DNA of 64,000 bases from the NCBI GenBank assembly GCA_018698135.1, contig JABINZ010000010.1, forward strand, positions 18,641-82,640, in the 5' to 3' direction. Under the pieces are notes generated by a model. It was not told where the DNA came from, made no database searches, and saw nothing but the letters and a program-made list of their open reading frames with translations. This document shows, piece after piece, positions 18,769-29,621 of the stretch (positions within the stretch are counted from its first letter, which is position 1; every line of letters begins with the position of its first letter). Both the position numbers and the translations under genes were made by a program. This stretch comes from Bacteroidota bacterium. Lineage in GTDB: Bacteria > Bacteroidota > Bacteroidia > CAILMK01 > JAAYUY01.

Positions 18769-21700
18769 TTATTTCCTGAGGAGGGTAATGGTTCCTGCCA
18801 AATCTATATAATTGCTTTTTAGAATAAAATAATACGTTCCATCAGCAACTTCAACTCCGTCAACAGTTCCATCCCAATAAATATCTTCGTTTTCCGCATA
18901 GAATAATAACTGCCCCCAACGGTTATAAATAAAGACTTCATAATAATCACAATTGAAATTCAACCCTTCAATTATAAACTTATCGTTCAGATTATCATGA
19001 TTGGGTGTCATGATATTTGGCCAGATAATTTCATTGGGTTGATAGCGGTTTACTGATATTTTCTGCACAATAGAATCTGTACAAATTTCATTTTGATTGA
19101 TGATAAATGTAACTTGATAATCTCCTGCCTCAGCATATTCATGCACTATATTTTCATTAGTCGAAGAATCACCATCCCCAAAACTCCAATGATAATTCTT
19201 AGCACCTTGCGAATAGCTGGTAAATTTGGCCAGAGGAGAACAGCTATCATAATCTACCAAAAAATCGATTTTTGGCGGAACATGAATAACAATTTGTTGG
19301 TATGCTGTATCTGAACATGGAGGATCATTCACGATCAGTTGAACCATATATTGCCTGGAAGTATCCAAATAAATTCCGACTGTATCAAATTGGTGTGAGA
19401 AAAACCAGTTCGTATCTGAACCTGAATTTCCATCGCCATAATCCCATAAATAATTTCCGCTTTTCGATGAGAAATTACGGATATCCACTTTGTTTGTACA
19501 TGTATCCCAATGTAAATCAAATTTGGCTTTTGCCAAATGTAAAATATCAAGTGTATCCAATAAAGTGTCACGACAGTTTTGAGGTGATATTGCAATTAAC
19601 TGAATAAAATATTTTCCAGAACTATCATATTTTATGAGGGTAGAATCAACCGCATTTCCTGTTTTTCCATTTCCAAAATCCCAATTATAGGTTTGAGCAA
19701 AGTCACTCTGATTGTAAAAATTAACTTCAGGAGAGCACTGCTCATGTTTAAAATTAAAATTGGCTTTCGGCAATTCAGGTAAAATGAAAGTTTTATAAAC
19801 AGTATCTAAGCACAATGTTCCTAAATTGGCAATTAGCATAATACGATAAGTGTCAGCAACCGAATATGCATGATTGTATACTGTATCAACAAATGACAGA
19901 TCACTTCCATCACCAAAATCCCAATAGCTTGCTTTGTAAGCATATTGAGATGGATTGAAAAAGTTTACCAGAAAACGACAACTATCAATTTCCAGAATAG
20001 CATCTGCTGCTGGTGTAATAATTTTAAAGGATTTGATTAGTGTGTCGGCACAAACTGTATTGGGCATGGCAATTAAATAAACAGCATAGGAATCGACACT
20101 GCCGTAAATATGATTATGCAATGAATCTGCATTGTAGGACGAATCCTGATCTCCATAAACCCATAAATAATGTGCACTGTACATAGAATTATTCACAAAT
20201 TTAGCTTCACCCTGGCAGGTATCTATCTCAAAATCAAAATCAACTTTGGGAAGTGCAGAAACATGAATCATTTTCTGTGTGATATGTTGACAAACAGTTC
20301 CTGAATCTACATATAGCGTGACATTATAATAGCCCGTATCTGAAAACACATGTTGAGGTGTTTGCAGTTTACTGGAATTAATCAAACTTGATGTGTCCCC
20401 AAAATCCCAGGAGTAAAATTGTCCATATTGACTTATTCCCTGAAACTCGAATTCATTTACACAATCCAATGTTTTGGACTTAAAATCTGAATTTGACTGA
20501 TTGTAAACATAAATTTCTTTAGAAAATGTATCATGCAAATCACATGAATTTATGTTGGCTGCATATAGAGTAACAAGGTAGGTACCTGTATCACTATACT
20601 GAAATTTAGGCTGAAATAAAGATGATGTATCATCAGTTCGGCCTGCTATACCAAAATCCCAAAAGTAGGTTCTGCCTCCTTGGGTCAAATTTATTATTGA
20701 GGTAGAGTCTGCCAAACAGAATATAGTATCCAAATCAAATTCAGCTTCCAAATCAGGAATATCCAAATCAATTTTGAAAATGGCATTATTACAATTGGTA
20801 CTATTATTTGTTGATGAATGAGCATTACTTGGAAAGGTTGGGAAATCATTTGAATGGCCACCACAACTAGCACAAACAGATTGATATACGATCCCATTTT
20901 TGTCAAAACGACTCGTACCTCCATCTACATGATCAGTACTGGCATAGCCACCAAAATACGTAGCATAAAGCAAACTTTGGATATCTCGTGAAAATACGAT
21001 TAGGTAAAAATCAGATCCATCCGTAGTTTTTTGAAATGCATCCTGGGTATGTGTGAGTCTATACATATTAGTACTCAATACCCGACTGCTAATATTTGTA
21101 TTCCCTCCCCAACCTGAAAAATATACTCGCTCACAATAATCCACCAGAAATGCAGATGGAGACAGATCAGGATAAACACCACCTGTACCAAACACTGTGG
21201 AATAGATCAGGGAATCTAATCCTGGATTCAACTTTGAGATAAACTGTTTTCCTTTTGGTTCTGAATAAGTCACATTTTTAACCGGAAAGAAATCACTCTT
21301 TGTTTGCCCTGTTACATACACATTATCATTCAGATCAGTTTGCACAAAATAAACCTGATCGTATTTATTGGTTCCAAAATAAGTGGCTGCTTTTTTTTGC
21401 TTTAAATCTCCACTCATATGATAAATAAATCCATCAGCAGTACCGCCCTGAAAAGATGTCTGATACTTTCCTGTTGAAACTGGCAAGTTATTACTTTCTG
21501 TTCCACCACATACATAAACATCTCCAACACTATTTAAAGCAATTCCATAACCAGCATCATCTAATGTTCCTCCTAAAAATGTACTGGCAAGAACAGTATT
21601 TATCTTACTATTAAACTTAACCACACACGCATCTTGTCCTCCCCCACCAAATGTAGTTTGCATAGCTCCTGATGTGTAAGGAAAATCCGCAGACTTGGTT

Positions 21701-23010
21701 GTTGTAATTATATAAATATTATTGCTTGAATCTACAATCACCTCTCCCCTATAGCTATCTCCATAATTAAAACCAAGATTACTCTCATTATCCTTATTGG
21801 TTATGGGTAATATATAATATCCATTTAAGGCATCTGAGCTTGATCCACCGTGATAGGATGAAGCCAGCAGGGTGTCACCATTAATAGACAACTTAGCGAC
21901 AAAAATATCGAAACTGTCGTTGTAAGTATCATCTGCATATGTATTTCCAATTGGAAAATCAGAAGATGATGTATTGCCAAAAACCACTAGGTTGTAATTG
22001 TGATCAACCACTAAACTATGAGGATCTTCATTTCCTTTACCGCCTAAATAAGTAGCATAAACAAGGCCTGTTCCATCAGGAAGATATTTTAAAATTCCAA
22101 TATCTCTGGCAACACCAGACCCTGCAACTGTGCTTGCATGCCCTCCTTTAAAGCTTGTTTGATAGGCACCCAGCGTATAAGGAAAGTTCGGACCAAATAC
22201 AGTTCCAGCAGAATAGGCATATCCTGAGTCATCGTATGTAGCTGTATAGCCAAAATTATCAGAATAAGAACCACTATAGGAAGCAAAAATAATTTTAGGA
22301 TCAATAACTATTGGCAAATTAATATCAAATCCTTCTGGAAAGGAAAAACCAAGTACATTACTATTTAAGTCAAACTTACATGCAATAGGAATTTTCTGAT
22401 CTGAATTCAATTGATAGACTTCTGGAATCGTTTCCATTATTTCAACAATGGATGTTTTTATTCTTAATTGATCCTTAATGATCTTAATTTTATCCTGACC
22501 TGTATATTTTATCCTTATTTCATCGGGATCACCAATATCTGAAACGAAGAAAGTATATTTAATATGATCAGCTTCTCCCTGAATTTCAAGATCTATTCCT
22601 TCGTAAATATCTTTAATTCGAATCCTGCAAAAGCCGTTTACATTGGAGGCCCATTTACTTTTATCATTTCCCAAATAATAATTATAGTGATAGGAAATTG
22701 GCTGAGATTGAATAATTTCAGGATTGGGATTTGCGCCTAGAAATTTCATTTCAACAGCATGAAAGTGTAATTCATCCAGGTTATGATGGTGATGTTGTTC
22801 ATCTACTTCATCCGAATTGTAAAACAAATAGGTTAGACTGCTATTCCCAACATAGATTTTTCCACCTGAAATATCAGCTCTGTAAAGAATATGTTCGTCC
22901 CATTGATTCTTGTTTTCAATAAAATGAATGGCATCCTGCGCCAGTGCTTGTGCAGAAGTTATTGTCAGGAGCAAAACAACAAAGAGATATAGACGAATTT
23001 TCTCAGACAT
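18769..23010 (-). CDS. Giant secreted adhesin-like protein (1413 aa). N-terminal beta-propeller (SBBP-like) region, about 8 PKD-like repeats and a T9SS type B C-terminal domain.
   Basis: Signal peptide and repeated YxGG.../DG propeller motifs. PKD repeats share the conserved WDFGDG and GC.DT motifs. C-terminus PNIMTPNHDNLNDKFII...IYNRWGQLLF...GTITLLRK. Confidence 0.85.
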   Translation of the reverse strand: MSEKIRLYLFVVLLLTITSAQALAQDAIHFIENKNQWDEHILYRADISGGKIYVGNSSLTYLFYNSDEVDEQHHHHNLDELHFHAVEMKFLGANPNPEIIQSQPISYHYNYYLGNDKSKWASNVNGFCRIRIKDIYEGIDLEIQGEADHIKYTFFVSDIGDPDEIRIKYTGQDKIKIIKDQLRIKTSIVEIMETIPEVYQLNSDQKIPIACKFDLNSNVLGFSFPEGFDINLPIVIDPKIIFASYSGSYSDNFGYTATYDDSGYAYSAGTVFGPNFPYTLGAYQTSFKGGHASTVAGSGVARDIGILKYLPDGTGLVYATYLGGKGNEDPHSLVVDHNYNLVVFGNTSSSDFPIGNTYADDTYNDSFDIFVAKLSINGDTLLASSYHGGSSSDALNGYYILPITNKDNESNLGFNYGDSYRGEVIVDSSNNIYIITTTKSADFPYTSGAMQTTFGGGGQDACVVKFNSKINTVLASTFLGGTLDDAGYGIALNSVGDVYVCGGTESNNLPVSTGKYQTSFQGGTADGFIYHMSGDLKQKKAATYFGTNKYDQVYFVQTDLNDNVYVTGQTKSDFFPVKNVTYSEPKGKQFISKLNPGLDSLIYSTVFGTGGVYPDLSPSAFLVDYCERVYFSGWGGNTNISSRVLSTNMYRLTHTQDAFQKTTDGSDFYLIVFSRDIQSLLYATYFGGYASTDHVDGGTSRFDKNGIVYQSVCASCGGHSNDFPTFPSNAHSSTNNSTNCNNAIFKIDLDIPDLEAEFDLDTIFCLADSTSIINLTQGGRTYFWDFGIAGRTDDTSSLFQPKFQYSDTGTYLVTLYAANINSCDLHDTFSKEIYVYNQSNSDFKSKTLDCVNEFEFQGISQYGQFYSWDFGDTSSLINSSKLQTPQHVFSDTGYYNVTLYVDSGTVCQHITQKMIHVSALPKVDFDFEIDTCQGEAKFVNNSMYSAHYLWVYGDQDSSYNADSLHNHIYGSVDSYAVYLIAMPNTVCADTLIKSFKIITPAADAILEIDSCRFLVNFFNPSQYAYKASYWDFGDGSDLSFVDTVYNHAYSVADTYRIMLIANLGTLCLDTVYKTFILPELPKANFNFKHEQCSPEVNFYNQSDFAQTYNWDFGNGKTGNAVDSTLIKYDSSGKYFIQLIAISPQNCRDTLLDTLDILHLAKAKFDLHWDTCTNKVDIRNFSSKSGNYLWDYGDGNSGSDTNWFFSHQFDTVGIYLDTSRQYMVQLIVNDPPCSDTAYQQIVIHVPPKIDFLVDYDSCSPLAKFTSYSQGAKNYHWSFGDGDSSTNENIVHEYAEAGDYQVTFIINQNEICTDSIVQKISVNRYQPNEIIWPNIMTPNHDNLNDKFIIEGLNFNCDYYEVFIYNRWGQLLFYAENEDIYWDGTVDGVEVADGTYYFILKSNYIDLAGTITLLRK

Positions 23011-23187
23011 TTATTGATTAAACATGATTAACAAACTTACAAAAATCAAAACAGAAGAAAGTATTAAATATACACCACTATCATTGATTTTATTGACATC
23101 GCTACATTTTCATTAGTGTCGTTCAAGGAGATGATGTAACCTTTTAATCAATGCTAAATTGCTAATTTATTTCTGAATGAATAATTA

Positions 23188-23195
23188 TAACTTTG
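23188..23195 (+). promoter_or_regulatory. Candidate Bacteroidetes -7 promoter box (TAACTTTG) for serS
   Basis: Matches TAnnTTTG and lies 19 nt upstream of the serS ATG. Confidence 0.3.
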
Positions 23196-23214
23196 CATTT
23201 CAAAAAAATATGCC

Positions 23215-24483
23215 ATGCTGACTATTTCACAACTTGAGGAAAACACATCTGAGGTCATTCGACTTTTAGCTATTAAAAACATTGATGCAGAATCAAAAAT
23301 TAAAGAAATACTTGCCTTAGATCAAGCAAGAAAATCTACCCAAAAAGAAAACAATGAGGTGCAGTCGGAATTAAATTCCTTGGCTAAAGAAATTGGTGTT
23401 TTGTTCAGAAACAAAGAAGTGGAAAAAGCAAATGAACTGAAACTTAAAACCTCCAGTTTAAAAGAAACTGCAAAAAAACTGCAAGATGACCAGTTGGCTA
23501 TTCAAGATAAAATTCACAGTCTTATTATAGAATTACCAAATATCCCACATAATTCAGTGAAAGCAGGTTTGAATGAGGATGACAATGAATTATTAGAACA
23601 GCATGGTGAAGTTTTCGAGACAGATGCACTTCCACATTGGGAGATTGCCACAAAAGCCGGTATTATTGATTTTGAAACAGGGAACAAATTAACTGGTGCT
23701 GGTTTTCCAGTTTACATTGGAAAAGGAGCAAAATTGCAAAGAGCGCTGATTAGTTATTTCTTAGACAAAGCATCTGAACAAGGATTTACTGAAATTCAGG
23801 CTCCCATAATGGTGAATGAGGAATCTGCATATGGAACCGGCCAGTTGCCCGATAAAGATGGGCAGATGTATTTTGTAAATGAAGACAAATTGTATTTAAT
23901 TCCAACCGCAGAAGTTCCTCTGACAAATATTTACCGTGATTCAATAGTAGCTCAAGATGATTTACCCATCAAACTAACGGGTTACACACCTTGTTTTCGG
24001 AGAGAAGCTGGTTCGTATGGTAAAAATGTAAGAGGACTTAATCGTTTACACCAATTTGATAAAGTAGAAATTGTTCAAATCACAAAACCTGAACTTTCCT
24101 ATCAAACATTAGATGAAATGGTTAGTTATGTTGGAAGTCTGATTAAAGAACTGGAATTGCCCTACCGGATAATGAGACTTTGTGGTAAGGATTTAAGCTT
24201 TACAGCTGCCCTGACTTTTGATTTTGAGGTTTATTCTGCCGCTCAAAAAAGATGGCTGGAAGTAAGTTCAGTATCAAACTTTGAAAGTTTTCAGGCTTCC
24301 CGATTGAAACTCAGATATAAAGATGAGAATAATAAAAACCAATTGGCACATACCCTTAACGGAAGTGCACTTGCTTTACCACGAATACTCGCTGCCATTT
24401 TAGAAAATAATCAGGAAGGAAATCACATCAATATTCCTAAAGTATTGGTTAAATACACAGGTTTCGATAAAATCGAATTGTAG
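23215..24483 (+). CDS. serS: Seryl-tRNA synthetase
   Basis: 422 aa with an N-terminal coiled-coil arm and a class II aaRS core (motifs around FRREAGS, GLNRLHQF, GSALA). Confidence 0.95.
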   Translation: MLTISQLEENTSEVIRLLAIKNIDAESKIKEILALDQARKSTQKENNEVQSELNSLAKEIGVLFRNKEVEKANELKLKTSSLKETAKKLQDDQLAIQDKIHSLIIELPNIPHNSVKAGLNEDDNELLEQHGEVFETDALPHWEIATKAGIIDFETGNKLTGAGFPVYIGKGAKLQRALISYFLDKASEQGFTEIQAPIMVNEESAYGTGQLPDKDGQMYFVNEDKLYLIPTAEVPLTNIYRDSIVAQDDLPIKLTGYTPCFRREAGSYGKNVRGLNRLHQFDKVEIVQITKPELSYQTLDEMVSYVGSLIKELELPYRIMRLCGKDLSFTAALTFDFEVYSAAQKRWLEVSSVSNFESFQASRLKLRYKDENNKNQLAHTLNGSALALPRILAAILENNQEGNHINIPKVLVKYTGFDKIEL

Positions 24484-24566
24484 GAATTAATTCTTTTTCT
24501 TTTAAATGGCCTTAAATTAGACGTTTGATTCAATTAAACGAATGCCATTATTAAGCTACAATCAGC

Positions 24567-26477
24567 ATGATTGAACAGCTTCATCAGCTATTGAAAAAAT
24601 ACTGGGGTTTTGATAAATTTCGAGACCTTCAGCAGGAAATTATAGTTTCTGCAATCACCAATAACGATACCTTGGCATTGTTACCTACAGGTGGTGGAAA
24701 ATCTATTTGCTATCAGCTGCCAGCAATTTATATGAATAAACTTTGTTTGGTCATATCCCCTTTAATTGCATTGATGAAAGATCAGGTTCAAAATCTGGAA
24801 AAAAGAGGAATTCCAGCAGCAGCAATATATTCGGGGATGAGTTTCAATGAAGTTGACAGGATACTTGATCATGCAGTTTTTGGCAAATACCGATTGTTGT
24901 ATGTTTCACCAGAACGATTGGAAACAGACATTTTTAAAGCACGTTTGGAGAAACTCCCATTAAGCATGATAGCCGTTGATGAAGCTCATTGTATTTCTGA
25001 ATGGGGTTATGATTTCAGACCATCCTATTTAAAAATTGCCAAATTAAAGCCTTGGTTTCCAAACATCCCCTTTCTGGCATTAACAGCTACAGCTACTAAA
25101 GAGGTTCAGCTTGATATCATAGAAAAATTAGAATTTAAAAATCCACAGCATTTTCAAAAAAGTTTTGAAAGGGAAAATCTAATTTATGCCTGTGTATATG
25201 ATGAGGCAAAACTTAAAAAAATTGCCGACATCTTAAACAATGTGAAAGGATCAGGTATCGTTTATGTACGAACCCGGAAGCATGCAAAAGAAATTGCTGA
25301 TTTTTTAGTCATGCAGAAAATAAGTGCCGATTATTATCATGCTGGACTTGATCCAAAGTCGCGCAATCAAAAGCAGGAAGATTGGATGAAAAACACATTC
25401 CGCATTATGGTAGCAACCAATGCCTTTGGAATGGGAATCGACAAAGCAAATGTTCGAGTGGTTATTCACGTAGATTTACCTGACAGTTTAGAAGCTTATT
25501 ATCAGGAAGCTGGACGAGCAGGACGAGATTTGAAGAAATCTTTTGCTATTGCCATTGTTGATTCAAATGATAAAACAGCATTAGCTCAGCGCATTGAAAA
25601 AAAATTTCCTGAGAAGAAAGATATTCAAAAAGTCTATGATATTTTATGCAATTACTACCAAATACCAATTGGTAATGGTGAATTCATGGAATTTGACTTT
25701 GATATGAATGTGTTTTGTAAAACATACAATCTTGATTTACTAAAAACCTATAATGCCATAAAAAGCTTGCAACAAGAAGGCATTATTCAGTTGTCAGAGA
25801 ATAGTGTGCTCATTTCAAAATTCATGTTTATTCCATCACATACTGAGCTATATGATTTTCAATTGAGAAATCCAAAGTTTGAGCCAATAATCAAAACGCT
25901 GCTCAGGTCCTATAGTGGTTTATACGACAACTATACTCGTATTAGTGAAGGTGAATTGGCATCAAGGCTAAATTCCAGTAAAGAAACGATCATTAAATAC
26001 CTCAGTTATTTTAAAAAACTGGGAATTGCAGATTATATCCCTGCACGAAATAAACCGCAATTAGTATTTCTTATTGATAGAACAGACAAAAATAATTTTC
26101 CATTTGATTATACAAATTGGCAAAAAAGGAAGAAAATTGCTGAGAAGAAAATTGAAGCTATTCAGGAATATGGATATGAGTCTGGCAGGTGTAGAAGTAA
26201 AATGTTGTTGAATTATTTTGGTGAGAAAATTAAGAATAATTGCGGCCATTGCGATTATTGTTTGAAAGTAAAAGACTCAGGCTTAACTGCTGCTGAATTT
26301 GATAAAATATATTCCAGTCTGTTAGCGTTAATTAAAAATAAAAAAATAAAATCAACAGAAATTTCAGCTGAATTTCCTACTATTCAAAAAGAAAAAGTTA
26401 TTTATGCAGTACGCTGGTTAATTGATCAGGGTAAAATTACAGAAGATTCTAACTTTTATTTGCAAATCAAAGAATGA
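24567..26477 (+). CDS. recQ: ATP-dependent DNA helicase, RecQ family
   Basis: DEAH helicase motifs (LPTGGGKSICYQLPA, DEAHCISEWG), an RQC zinc-binding region with 4 Cys (CRSKMLLNYF...CGHCDYC) and an HRDC-like tail. Confidence 0.9.
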   Translation: MIEQLHQLLKKYWGFDKFRDLQQEIIVSAITNNDTLALLPTGGGKSICYQLPAIYMNKLCLVISPLIALMKDQVQNLEKRGIPAAAIYSGMSFNEVDRILDHAVFGKYRLLYVSPERLETDIFKARLEKLPLSMIAVDEAHCISEWGYDFRPSYLKIAKLKPWFPNIPFLALTATATKEVQLDIIEKLEFKNPQHFQKSFERENLIYACVYDEAKLKKIADILNNVKGSGIVYVRTRKHAKEIADFLVMQKISADYYHAGLDPKSRNQKQEDWMKNTFRIMVATNAFGMGIDKANVRVVIHVDLPDSLEAYYQEAGRAGRDLKKSFAIAIVDSNDKTALAQRIEKKFPEKKDIQKVYDILCNYYQIPIGNGEFMEFDFDMNVFCKTYNLDLLKTYNAIKSLQQEGIIQLSENSVLISKFMFIPSHTELYDFQLRNPKFEPIIKTLLRSYSGLYDNYTRISEGELASRLNSSKETIIKYLSYFKKLGIADYIPARNKPQLVFLIDRTDKNNFPFDYTNWQKRKKIAEKKIEAIQEYGYESGRCRSKMLLNYFGEKIKNNCGHCDYCLKVKDSGLTAAEFDKIYSSLLALIKNKKIKSTEISAEFPTIQKEKVIYAVRWLIDQGKITEDSNFYLQIKE

Positions 26478-27556
26478 AAAGAATTATTCTCACCGTTAGC
26501 AACGATATTTCTTATGATCAGCGCATGCATAGAATTTGTGAATCGCTTGCAAATAATGGATTTTCTGTATTATTAGTAGGTCGAAAACGAAAACATTCCA
26601 TTCCATTACAAACTGATTCTTTTAGCAAAAAACGATTAAGATGTTTGTTTAATTCAGGGCCACTATTTTATGCTGAATATAATGTGCGCTTGTTTATTTT
26701 TCTATTGTTCCAGCCTTTTGACATTTTGTGTGCTATAGATCTCGACACCCTCCTTCCGAATCTATTTACTGCCAAATTAAAACGAAAGAAATGCCTCTAT
26801 GATGCCCATGAATTCTATACAGAAGTTCCTGAACTAATTGGACGGAGTTTTACCAAAAAGATTTGGGAAAAAATTGCTGGTTATGGCATTCCTAAAATGA
26901 CTGCTAGCTACACAGTAAATGATTCACTGGCTGCAATTTTATCAAATCAATACCATCAGGAGTTTAAGGTCGTTAGAAATGTTCCTATTTTAGTTCATCA
27001 TGAAAAATCGAAAGTGAGGAAAGAGAAATTTGTTCTTTATCAAGGAGCAATCAATAAAGGGCGAGGTCTGGAAGAACTAGTTCTGGCAATGAAAAATTTA
27101 AGCATTAATCTTGTGCTTATTGGGGAAGGTGATTTAACAAAAAAAATAAAGCAGTTAATTGCTGATCACAATCTAGAAAATCAAGTAAGTATGAAAGGTT
27201 TTGTAGAAGCAAAGAAACTAAGAGAATATACCAGCAATGCATATATTGGATACAATCTGCTCGATCAACATAGTAAAAGCTATTACTATTCTTTGTCCAA
27301 TAAATTTTTTGATTACATCCATGCAGGCATACCTTCCCTCTCAAATAATTTTCCAGAGTACAAGCGCGTAAACGAAAAATTTAAAGTTACTTTGCTATGC
27401 GATTTAAAAGTTGAAGATATCGTCAAATCCATAAATCTTCTTCTGAGCAATCAAAAGCTTTATGATGAACTTGAAAGCAATTGTTTGAAAGCGCAAATAG
27501 AATTTAATTGGCAAAACGAAGAAAAAAGACTCCTTGATGTCTACCAAAACATCTAA
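26474..27556 (+). CDS. Glycosyltransferase (GT-B fold, family 4-like)
   Basis: 360 aa with a GT-B C-terminal half (VLYQGAINKGRGLEELV...). Overlaps recQ by 4 bp. Confidence 0.6.
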   Translation: MKRIILTVSNDISYDQRMHRICESLANNGFSVLLVGRKRKHSIPLQTDSFSKKRLRCLFNSGPLFYAEYNVRLFIFLLFQPFDILCAIDLDTLLPNLFTAKLKRKKCLYDAHEFYTEVPELIGRSFTKKIWEKIAGYGIPKMTASYTVNDSLAAILSNQYHQEFKVVRNVPILVHHEKSKVRKEKFVLYQGAINKGRGLEELVLAMKNLSINLVLIGEGDLTKKIKQLIADHNLENQVSMKGFVEAKKLREYTSNAYIGYNLLDQHSKSYYYSLSNKFFDYIHAGIPSLSNNFPEYKRVNEKFKVTLLCDLKVEDIVKSINLLLSNQKLYDELESNCLKAQIEFNWQNEEKRLLDVYQNI

Positions 27557-28661
27557 TTTACATTTAAATATAGTTTCATTCGACATACCATTTCCAGCTA
27601 ATTATGGAGGTGTAATTGATGTATACTATAAAATGAAGGCACTTAAGGAAAAAGGTGTTAAAATCCATTTGCATGCTTTTCAATATGGGAGAGAAAGTTG
27701 TCGAGAGCTAGAAAGTATTTGTGAAGAAGTTTCTTATTATTCCAGAAAAAGATTCGGAAACCTTTTCAATTTAAAACTACCCTATATCGTTAAAACAAGG
27801 AAATCGGCTCAACTCTTGAAAAATCTTCAGAAAAACGATTTTCCAATTTTATTTGAAGGGCTTCATTGTGCCTATTATGCAAATCATGATAGTCTCAAGC
27901 ACAGGAATAGAATGGTTAGAATGCATAATATTGAATACTTATATTATATGCATTTAGCAAAGGTTGAAAAAAACATTTTCAAGCAATTGTATTTTAAAAT
28001 TGAAGCAATCCGGCTTAAAAATTTTCAACAAATACTAAGCAACGTAAATCATATAGCTGCCATTTCTCCATCCGATCAAATTATTCTGAACCTAAAACAT
28101 CAAAACAGTTTTTATCTACCTGTTTTTCATCCCAACGAAAAACTAAGCTCTACTATAGGCAAGGGAGAATATATATTGTATCACGGTAATTTAGGAGTGG
28201 GAGAAAATAATGAGGCAGCCATTTATTTGATTGAAAATGTATTTGACAAAATCGAATATCCTTGTATAATTGCAGGTTCAAATCCATCCAGAAAGCTCAT
28301 TGATTTAGTAAAAGATCAGTCACATATAAAATTGATCAATCCTGAATTGGATGAGATTTATGACCTTATTAAAAATGCCCAGATAAACATACTTCCTACC
28401 TTTCAAGATACAGGTATAAAACTAAAACTGCTAAATGCCTTATATTTAGGAAGATATTGCTTGGTTAACAGCAAGATGGTTAAAGATACTGGTCTGGATC
28501 ATTTATGTATTATTGCCTCTGATGATAGTGAATTTGTTGCACAGATTCATGATTATTTTAATCTGGATTTCACGATTAGTCAGCAAGAAACAAGACAGCA
28601 GCATTTGCAAACTTTGTTTTCAAACAATCACAATATCGATAAGCTTATTGATAAAATTTAG
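27534..28661 (+). CDS. Glycosyltransferase family 1 protein
   Basis: 375 aa; N-terminus PANYGGVIDVYYKMKAL, and the C-terminal half is typical of GT1/GT4. Confidence 0.6.
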   Translation: MMSTKTSNLHLNIVSFDIPFPANYGGVIDVYYKMKALKEKGVKIHLHAFQYGRESCRELESICEEVSYYSRKRFGNLFNLKLPYIVKTRKSAQLLKNLQKNDFPILFEGLHCAYYANHDSLKHRNRMVRMHNIEYLYYMHLAKVEKNIFKQLYFKIEAIRLKNFQQILSNVNHIAAISPSDQIILNLKHQNSFYLPVFHPNEKLSSTIGKGEYILYHGNLGVGENNEAAIYLIENVFDKIEYPCIIAGSNPSRKLIDLVKDQSHIKLINPELDEIYDLIKNAQINILPTFQDTGIKLKLLNALYLGRYCLVNSKMVKDTGLDHLCIIASDDSEFVAQIHDYFNLDFTISQQETRQQHLQTLFSNNHNIDKLIDKI

Positions 28662-29335
28662 GTGATTGTTGTTTCCTGTATCTGCCCATCTTCAAGTTTT
28701 AATATTTTAGATGGAAAGCGCTCCATTAATTTATAATTGTGGGTAGCCATAAATACAGTTGATCCACTTTTAACTATATCAAATAATAAAGCCAATATTT
28801 CATTTGATGTATCAGGATCCAGATTTCCTGTAGGTTCATCCGCCAAAATAATTTTAGGATCATTCAATAGTGCACGAGCAATGGCCACACGCTGCTGCTC
28901 TCCCCCTGATAGTTCAAAAGGCATTTTAAAATCTTTTGTATTTAAACCCACTTGTCTCAATACCTCTTTGATTCTCTTGGCAATCAAATCATCTGATTTC
29001 CAGCCAGTGGCTTTTAAAACAAACTTTAAATTATCAAAAACACTTCTATCCATTAATAACTGGAAGTCCTGAAAAACAATACCCAGTTTTCGTCTTAAAA
29101 AAGGTACATCTTTCTTTTTTAATTTATTAAGATCGAAACCTGCTACTGTACCTTCTCCTTTCGACAAAAACAAATCTCCATATAGAGCTCGCATCAGTGT
29201 ACTTTTACCACTTCCGGTTTTACCAATCAGATAGACAAATTCGTGTGGTAAAAGCGATAAATTAATATCATGTAATATCAGGGTATCTTGTTGAAAGATA
29301 TGTGCATTTTTAAGGTCAACAATTGGATTACTCAT
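28658..29335 (-). CDS. ftsE: Cell-division ABC transporter ATP-binding protein FtsE
   Basis: Walker A GKTGSGKST, ABC signature LSGGEQQRVAIARAL and Walker B ILADEPTGNLD; 225 aa, the FtsE size class. Confidence 0.85.
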   Translation of the reverse strand: MSNPIVDLKNAHIFQQDTLILHDINLSLLPHEFVYLIGKTGSGKSTLMRALYGDLFLSKGEGTVAGFDLNKLKKKDVPFLRRKLGIVFQDFQLLMDRSVFDNLKFVLKATGWKSDDLIAKRIKEVLRQVGLNTKDFKMPFELSGGEQQRVAIARALLNDPKIILADEPTGNLDPDTSNEILALLFDIVKSGSTVFMATHNYKLMERFPSKILKLEDGQIQETTIT

Positions 29336-29556
29336 TATTTATTTAGTTTAAATGTTTTTTTTCTTAATTTTTGTATATTTATCCTCTAAATATTTAAGTT
29401 TTAAACGCAAGTATAACAAGAAATAGACAGTTTTACAAATGCCCAAATTGGTATAATCCGTGTTAAACAATCGCACATCATGGTTTTGCCGTTTTTGGTT
29501 AATTAAATTTCTTCTAAAAAAATAAGATAATTAATTGTTTGTATCTCAAAATTTCT

Positions 29557-29564
29557 TAGTTTTG
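29557..29564 (+). promoter_or_regulatory. Candidate -7 promoter box TAGTTTTG upstream of the OmpA-like/TPR lipoprotein gene
   Basis: TAnnTTTG match 57 nt upstream of the ATG at 29622, with a TTTG 15 nt further upstream. Confidence 0.3.
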
Positions 29565-29621
29565 CAAATGCGTATGAATACGTTTAAAATTCATCACAAA
29601 AATAACCTAAAACCGTTGAAT

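Noticed and set aside
29535-29621. 5' extension of the OmpA-like/TPR lipoprotein ORF (MFVSQNFLVLQMRMNTFKIHHKNNLKPLN)
   Set aside because: A candidate -7 promoter box lies inside this extension. The downstream Met at 29622 gives a canonical lipoprotein signal peptide. The extension is probably not translated.
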